Shown: positions 8,982 to 13,193 of the stretch, one piece after another
Numbering within the stretch: position 1 is the first letter of the stretch
How the letters are laid out: every line of letters begins with the position of its first letter
Source: Candidatus Phoenicimicrobium oleiphilum
Lineage (GTDB): Bacteria; Atribacterota; Phoenicimicrobiia; Phoenicimicrobiales; Phoenicimicrobiaceae
Length of the DNA stretch: 13,193 bases
Direction of reading: 5' to 3'
Assembly: GCA_039638295.1 (NCBI GenBank)
Contig: JBDIWJ010000042.1
Span: 1 to 13,193, forward strand
The notes under the pieces: model-generated
The model's input: the letters and a program-made list of their open reading frames with translations, nothing else
What the model was told of the DNA's origin: nothing
The model's database searches: none
Translations under genes and position numbers: made by a program

Positions 8982-9950
8982 CTATTTATATCTCTCCCTC
9001 ATTCCAGTAATCTCTTTCTCTATCTCTTTGCGCAGGCTCTTAGGGGCAAGGACTTCAGCACACTTACCCATCCCCAGAATCCATTTCTTAACTTCGATTA
9101 AACCACTTACTTCCGCAGAGAAGATGATAGAACCATCAGGGAGTTTTTTTATTTTTTGAGTAGGATGTCTCACTTCTTCTTTTGCCCAACGGGAAGCAGG
9201 AGGATATATCTTTACTCTGATCTTCTGGTCTTTTCCTCTTACTACCTGCCAGCTTTTACCCATATAGGTAGAGAGGGAAAATTTAGCCGGGATTTCAAAT
9301 TTTTCTTCAGAGACTTCTATCTCTTTGATTCGGTCTATGCGGAATATCTTAGTTTCCTTTCGCCAGTGGCAGTAGGCGATAAGATACCAGACTCCTTGTC
9401 GGAACATCAGGTGGTAGGGGTTGACAGTGCGGGTGGTGATTTTATCTCGGCTGATGGTGTAGTATTTGAGATGAGCCTGTCTTTTTTCCAGAATGGCTTT
9501 ATTCAGTTGAGAAAATATTTCATTGTAATCTTCATAATCTTTTAGCTTCTGAATATTAAAAGAAATAGAGTCTTTTACATCCCGGATATATTTTTTATTA
9601 TTTTTCTCCAGGAGATTTTCAATTTTAAGCAGAGCTAGTTGCATATATTTCTGGTAGGGGAATCCTTTCTGCTGGAGGAGGAAATTCCCTGCCAGAAATA
9701 AAGAAGCAGCCTCTTCACCGGTAAATCTGAGAGGGGGCAGGAAGTAGTGTTTATCAATATAATAACCGCCATGAGGTCCGGTAGAGGAGTATACAGGTAA
9801 GCCAGCAGAATTTAAAGACTGGAAATCCCGATAGATAGTGCGATAAGAGGTATCAAATATTTGGGCTAAGTTTTTTACTTTGATGCCAGGATGGGACTTT
9901 AAAATTATAATGGTGTTCATTAATCTTTCAATTTTATTTATATCTTTCAC
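8982..9950 (-). CDS. WYL-domain transcriptional regulator (wHTH-WYL-WCX; YafY/PafB-PafC-like)
   Basis: N-terminal HTH LAQIFDTSYRTIYRDFQSL..AGLPV...GPHGGY; WYL core RTVNPYHL...WYLIAYC..RKETKIFRIDRI; WCX-like WILGMGKCAEVLAPKSLR. Exact start codon uncertain. Confidence 0.93.
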   Translation of the reverse strand: MKDINKIERLMNTIIILKSHPGIKVKNLAQIFDTSYRTIYRDFQSLNSAGLPVYSSTGPHGGYYIDKHYFLPPLRFTGEEAASLFLAGNFLLQQKGFPYQKYMQLALLKIENLLEKNNKKYIRDVKDSISFNIQKLKDYEDYNEIFSQLNKAILEKRQAHLKYYTISRDKITTRTVNPYHLMFRQGVWYLIAYCHWRKETKIFRIDRIKEIEVSEEKFEIPAKFSLSTYMGKSWQVVRGKDQKIRVKIYPPASRWAKEEVRHPTQKIKKLPDGSIIFSAEVSGLIEVKKWILGMGKCAEVLAPKSLRKEIEKEITGMRERYK

Positions 9951-10028
9951 CCCCGATTAGAAAATAGATAATCGTGAGCAAGACGGTTAAGAGTAGGCGA
10001 AAATTTATGCTATTGAAAATTTTTTGTA

Positions 10029-10062
10029 ATTATATCACACTACTTTGACTACAGTATGGCAA
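10029..10062 (-). promoter_or_regulatory. Putative wyl-cas promoter: extended -10 (TGaTATAAT) with upstream imperfect palindrome
   Basis: Minus strand reads TTGCCATACTGTAGTCAA-AGTAGTGTGA-TATAAT: perfect -10 (10029-10034) with TG extension, ~80 nt upstream of wyl; palindrome TTGcCa-N6-aGtCAA at 10045-10062. Confidence 0.6.
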
Positions 10063-10116
10063 CAATTATTAAAAAAATTTTATTTTTTGAAAAAATTTTT
10101 TGTTATTGATTAAATA

Positions 10117-10144
10117 ATACGACAAAGTGATTAAAAAATCCTGC
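10117..10144 (-). promoter_or_regulatory. SigmaH-like promoter motif upstream of wyl-cas
   Basis: GCAGGATTTTTTAATCACTTTGTCGTAT (AGGA-N18-GTAT); same motif and spacing at 11269-11296; resembles the Firmicute sigmaH consensus (AGGAwwt...GAAT). Confidence 0.5.
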
Positions 10145-10217
10145 TTTTTTAGGAAAGTTTTCAGTTTAGGAAGATTTTAACTAATAATCAATCTTTGTAC
10201 TTCTTTGGTTTCGCTTA

Positions 10218-10364
10218 TTAATTTTTTCTTTCTAAAAATCCGATAATACCCGATAAAATTATTACCTTAGAGAAGAAACAAACACCAACACCGATGAACA
10301 TAGCACTACCCAGGCTGCCAAATCTTCGCCAGATGGAAAATATTAAAGAATCGAAGGCTAACAT
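10218..10364 (-). other. Small hydrophobic ORF (48 aa) or membrane-protein gene remnant
   Basis: Manual translation MLAFDSLIFSIWRRFGSLGSAMFIGVGVCFFSKVIILSGIIGFLERKN*; hydrophobic and Gly-rich; no clear RBS. Confidence 0.25.
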
Positions 10365-10399
10365 TGAAAGAGGCGATCTAATAGTTACAGTTTATAATT

Positions 10400-10941
10400 T
10401 TAATAAAAGTCACTGAACTCATCAGAAAAACGTTTATGCCAGATTTCACCTTTTAGTAGTTCGTAAACATTAAATACAATTGGGCAAACAGAATAATTAC
10501 CTATTACACCCATTAATCGGGAAGTAAAATCCTTTTTAAGGAGATAAGGGTAGGATACACAATCTTTAGGACGACAATTTAAAGGTATAGAACACAAATT
10601 ATTTTTTAGTAAGGGACAAGGTCTTTTCTTAAATGTAAATTTTTAGAATCCAAATCCGTATCTTTTGCCAGGTACTGATCTTTTAATTGTTCAATAGAAA
10701 TTTCTAAATATTTAGATAATTTTTTTAAATCTTCCTGTTCTAAAACTGTATTTAATTCTTTACAACAATTTGTGCAAGACTCACAATCAATTTTTGAAGC
10801 TACCTGGTGGTACAATCTATGAACTATTGAATCCATTTTTTTCGAAGGAATATTACATACTTTTAAGAAAGATCTAAATTTCCAATTTTCATCTTCTTTC
10901 TCTTCTGACAATTTTTTAATTCTATTTAAATCTGTTTCCAT
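10400..10941 (-). pseudogene. YkgJ-family (CxxCxxCC) cysteine-cluster protein, split by a frameshift
   Basis: ORF 10606-10941 has IDCESCTNCCK. Shifting to the -1 frame at the A5 run (10640-10644) gives KFTFKKRPCPLLKNNLCSIPLNCRPKDCVSYP..., the expected CPxL...CSI..RP..C..YP motif, continuing into ORF 10400-10597. GGTGGTGA RBS. Confidence 0.8.
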
Positions 10942-10970
10942 AATTAATCACCACCTTTTTACAAAAATAT

Positions 10971-11086
10971 TTATTCTCTTTCACCTAACTTTTCAATTAA
11001 CCAGATTTTTATTTTTATAACAGTCGTTCTTTGATTTAGTGGTAAAAATCTAGTCAAATTTTTTTAATCCCCCAATCTGGTATCTC
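10971..11086 (-). pseudogene. Possible CopG/ribbon-helix-helix protein remnant
   Basis: Two frames give EIPDWGIKK and LNQRTTVIKIKIWLIEKLGERE*, recalling the P.W.I..LD..A..L...RQ.VIK.W..EKL pattern of CopG-like proteins; frameshifted, with an ATAAAA duplication. By-eye similarity only. Confidence 0.3.
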
Positions 11087-11227
11087 TTTTGTACCTTCTA
11101 CCGTAGCGGTGATTCTATTCCCGAATTGCTCTAAATCGGTGACGTTACCCATCCGAAAATATTCTATACCACGTTCAAAAGAACTTTCGGTACATAATTT
11201 TCTTATATCTTCCATTGATAAAATCAT
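11054..11227 (-). pseudogene. Truncated N-terminus of a SWIM zinc-finger family protein (57 aa)
   Basis: MILSMEDIRKLCTESSFERGIEYFRMGNVTDLEQFGNRITATVEGT matches the SFERG.EY...G.V.......I.ATVEGT segment that precedes SWIM fingers; the CxC...CKH finger is absent. Confidence 0.65.
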
Positions 11228-11268
11228 TTTTTTCGTTCCATAATTTCTTTTAGTAACTAACTAAATTG

Positions 11269-11296
11269 ATACGACAAAAGGTTGGGAAAATCCTTC
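11269..11296 (-). promoter_or_regulatory. SigmaH-like promoter motif upstream of the SWIM fragment
   Basis: GAAGGATTTTCCCAACCTTTTGTCGTAT, ~40 nt upstream of ATG 11227; same spacing as 10117-10144. Confidence 0.5.
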
Positions 11297-11356
11297 TTTT
11301 TGGAGAGAAATTTTTTAGTTTTTATATTTCGGAGGGTAGATGAAGGGTTCCTTTAC

Positions 11357-11407
11357 TTTACCCCTTAAAAATTGTTCTTTTTTGGCTAAATTTCACCCCC
11401 CTTAAAA
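11357..11407. repeat. Subterminal direct repeats (putative IstA binding sites)
   Basis: TTTACCCCTTAAAA (11357-11370) and TTTCACCCCCCTTAAAA (11391-11407); 10-nt core CCCCTTAAAA spaced 37 bp. IS21 ends are known to carry multiple repeats. Confidence 0.5.
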
Positions 11408-11668
11408 TCTGAAAGTGGCTACTTATAAGGGTTTGGTGATTTGGGAGGCGTAAAAATATAATTTTTAGCGTTTTTTAGACGCTTAATTTTCGGAAACTGA
11501 CAGATTTTGAATGAAATCAGAGTTTATGAATAATTTATTCACAATAGTTTAATCTAACCTTCGGATTAGAACTTCGGTAAAAAGTGCAAAGCCGACCTCA
11601 AAGTCAAGCAAAATTCCCTAGTAAAAGCCAGACTTTTTTCCATAGTTCAAAAACAAAAAAATTAAACT

Positions 11669-12406
11669 CTATTTCCTCCTTTCTTTTAGATTTTTTGCTC
11701 GGAAACTTGGTCCATTGATCTTGATGATGGTGGAATAATGTACCACTCTATCCAGTATGGCAGATGCTAAGATATTATCGGTAAAGATATCTCCCCATTG
11801 TTCAAAGGTTTTATTGGTAGTAATAATAACCGATCCCTTTTCATATCTTTTAGAGATGATTTCAAAGAAATCATCAGCACTGTATCCAGGCAGCCTTTTA
11901 AACCCCAATTCATCCAGGATCAAGAGATCAGGTTTTAGGTAGTAATCTACCTTCTGGTAATAGGTGTTATCTGCCTTGGCCGCATTTAGATTATGTAACA
12001 TCTCTGCTACCGGGGTAAACAATACCTTGTATCCTTTCATTAGAGCCTTAATAGCAATAGCAATAGAGAGGTGGGTCTTACCGGTACCCGGATTACCGAT
12101 AAAGACGATATTTCTTTTTTCAGTAATAAAATTACAGGTAAGGCAATCATTGATAGTACGTTTATCGATAGAAGGCTGAAAAGAAAAATCAAAGTCCTCG
12201 ATGTTTTTATGGGCCGGTAATTTGGCTCTGGAATACCTCTTTTTGTAACTGTTGGTCCTCCGGTTGTTCTCTTCATCTTCTAAGAGAAGCCCCAGAAATT
12301 CAGAATAAGATAAAGACTTTTCTCGGGCATAGCTTGCTCTTTCTTCCAGGTTATTGTAAATTCCGGAGAGCTTGAAATTTCTTAATCTTTGCTTAAGTAG
12401 TTGCAT
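11669..12406 (-). CDS. istB: IS21 helper AAA+ ATPase IstB (start re-called to ATG 12406, 245 aa)
   Basis: Walker A GNPGTGKT, Walker B LLILDELG, IITTN, AILDRVVH, FDFSFQP; GAAGGAGG RBS before ATG 12406. Confidence 0.96.
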   Translation of the reverse strand: MQLLKQRLRNFKLSGIYNNLEERASYAREKSLSYSEFLGLLLEDEENNRRTNSYKKRYSRAKLPAHKNIEDFDFSFQPSIDKRTINDCLTCNFITEKRNIVFIGNPGTGKTHLSIAIAIKALMKGYKVLFTPVAEMLHNLNAAKADNTYYQKVDYYLKPDLLILDELGFKRLPGYSADDFFEIISKRYEKGSVIITTNKTFEQWGDIFTDNILASAILDRVVHYSTIIKINGPSFRAKNLKERRK

Positions 12407-13193
12407 AGGTGGCCTCCTTCTCAAATTCTACCGGTAGATTGTAACTTCCGTTATGGCAGATATTCTTGATAACCGAATATCTTACTACCCCAAAAGAGAG
12501 TGCCCGCTTACAGGCTGCTTCGATCACTTCCTTAGGATAAGTTTTTTGCAAAGAGAGTATCCCCTGTACGGTTCTATTCCAATCTTTAGGATGATTTTGT
12601 ACAATAAGGAAGAATAGCTGTTCGGCATAGACTCCGATTTGGGCCATCTTAGCCTGGTATCTTTCCTGATATTCGGTATCAGAGTATCTCTTGTAGGCAG
12701 GATAGTGACTGGGTTTAGTAGAAAATTTACCTCTACCGGAAAGACGGGGATGAAGGGCAATCTCTTTCCCTTGGTAAGCTACCTTTAATAATTTTTCAGT
12801 TAATTCTATCTCTACCTGTCTACCTACATAGGAAAAAGGTACCGAATAATAGTTGTAGTCTACATAGATATGACAATCATGATAGACTTTACGGGTACCT
12901 ACCTTCACTAATTTAAATTCTTGCTTAGGGAGGGGAATAAGTTTTGCCTTCTCTTCTTTTTCGAATACCTCCTGGGGGATCCTTCTGGTAGTACCATGTA
13001 CCCGATGATTAGTCCGGGTATACCATCTAAATAATCTTTCTTTCAGGTCTTTTTCACCGCTAAAGGTACGCCCCAAAAAGAAGTTATTCTCGACATACTT
13101 TATCCCCGATTCTACCTTAGCCTTATCATTAGGTCTTCTTATCCGGCAGGGTAGAGGATGAAAGCCATAATGGTGAGCAAAGTTTTTATATAG
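12393..13193 (-). CDS. istA: IS21 transposase IstA (5'-partial)
   Basis: Frame is open to the window edge: LYKNFAHHYGFHPLPCRIRRPNDKAKVESGIKYVENNFF (K.KVE catalytic-E region), N.RVHGTT, YYSVP; overlaps the istB start. Confidence 0.95.
   Translation of the reverse strand, partial: LYKNFAHHYGFHPLPCRIRRPNDKAKVESGIKYVENNFFLGRTFSGEKDLKERLFRWYTRTNHRVHGTTRRIPQEVFEKEEKAKLIPLPKQEFKLVKVGTRKVYHDCHIYVDYNYYSVPFSYVGRQVEIELTEKLLKVAYQGKEIALHPRLSGRGKFSTKPSHYPAYKRYSDTEYQERYQAKMAQIGVYAEQLFFLIVQNHPKDWNRTVQGILSLQKTYPKEVIEAACKRALSFGVVRYSVIKNICHNGSYNLPVEFEKEATYATT

Larger units (their letters stand above)
11341..13193 (-). mobile_element. IS21-family insertion sequence (3' portion; left end outside the window)
   Basis: Overlapping istA-istB pair. 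Putative terminus TG at 11341 (CA-3' on minus) followed by two subterminal CCCCTTAAAA direct repeats. The exact end is tentative. Confidence 0.9.

Noticed and set aside
3716..9545. Plus-strand ORFs 3716-3964, 6123-6341, 8392-8958, 8672-8854, 9156-9545
   Set aside because: Antisense shadows of well-supported genes, with F/L/S/I-rich composition expected from reverse-complemented codons and no motifs.
9970..10020. Plus-strand TCGTGAGCAAGA...ATTGAAA, reminiscent of a methanogen CRISPR repeat
   Set aside because: Resemblance is from memory only, the spacing is too long for a 37-nt repeat, the ATCC/GGAT stem is absent, and it does not match this locus's repeat.
10130..10170. Degenerate CRISPR repeat (CreA/CreR-like): minus-strand TCCTAAAAAAGCAGGATT versus repeat core TCCATTAAAACAAGGATT (13/18)
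   Set aside because: The ATTGAAAC handle is missing (ATTTTTTA), no second repeat-like copy sits at spacer distance, and the segment is better explained as the -35 of the duplicated sigmaH-like motif.
10294..10416. Plus-strand 40-aa ORF MNIALPRLPNLRQMENIK...
   Set aside because: No RBS or motif, opposite to all local genes, and antisense to the hydrophobic ORF.
11757..12760. ORFs 11757-11942(+), 11964-12179(+), 12040-12276(-), 12524-12760(-)
   Set aside because: Nested in istA/istB in antisense or alternative frames; no recognisable motifs.

Overview
AT-rich bacterial-type window with every credible gene on the minus strand. Reading in the direction of transcription (right to left): the 3' part of an IS21-family element (partial istA, istB, long structured right end, ~11341-13193); a ~1 kb stretch of gene remnants (truncated SWIM-protein N-terminus, possible CopG/RHH remnant, frameshifted YkgJ-type CxxCxxCC gene, small hydrophobic ORF); then a complete type I-B CRISPR-Cas locus headed by an HTH-WYL-WCX regulator: wyl-cas8b-cas7-cas5-cas3-cas6b-cas1-cas2-cas4-leader-array (37-nt repeat, array runs off the left edge). 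Most notable: a likely hidden Cas11 translated from an internal RBS in cas8b; a WYL/cas promoter with an imperfect palindrome and PafBC-like spacing to the -10; a duplicated sigmaH-like promoter motif; and a strand-biased hairpin cluster downstream of istB. All calls come from manual motif reading; no searches were run.
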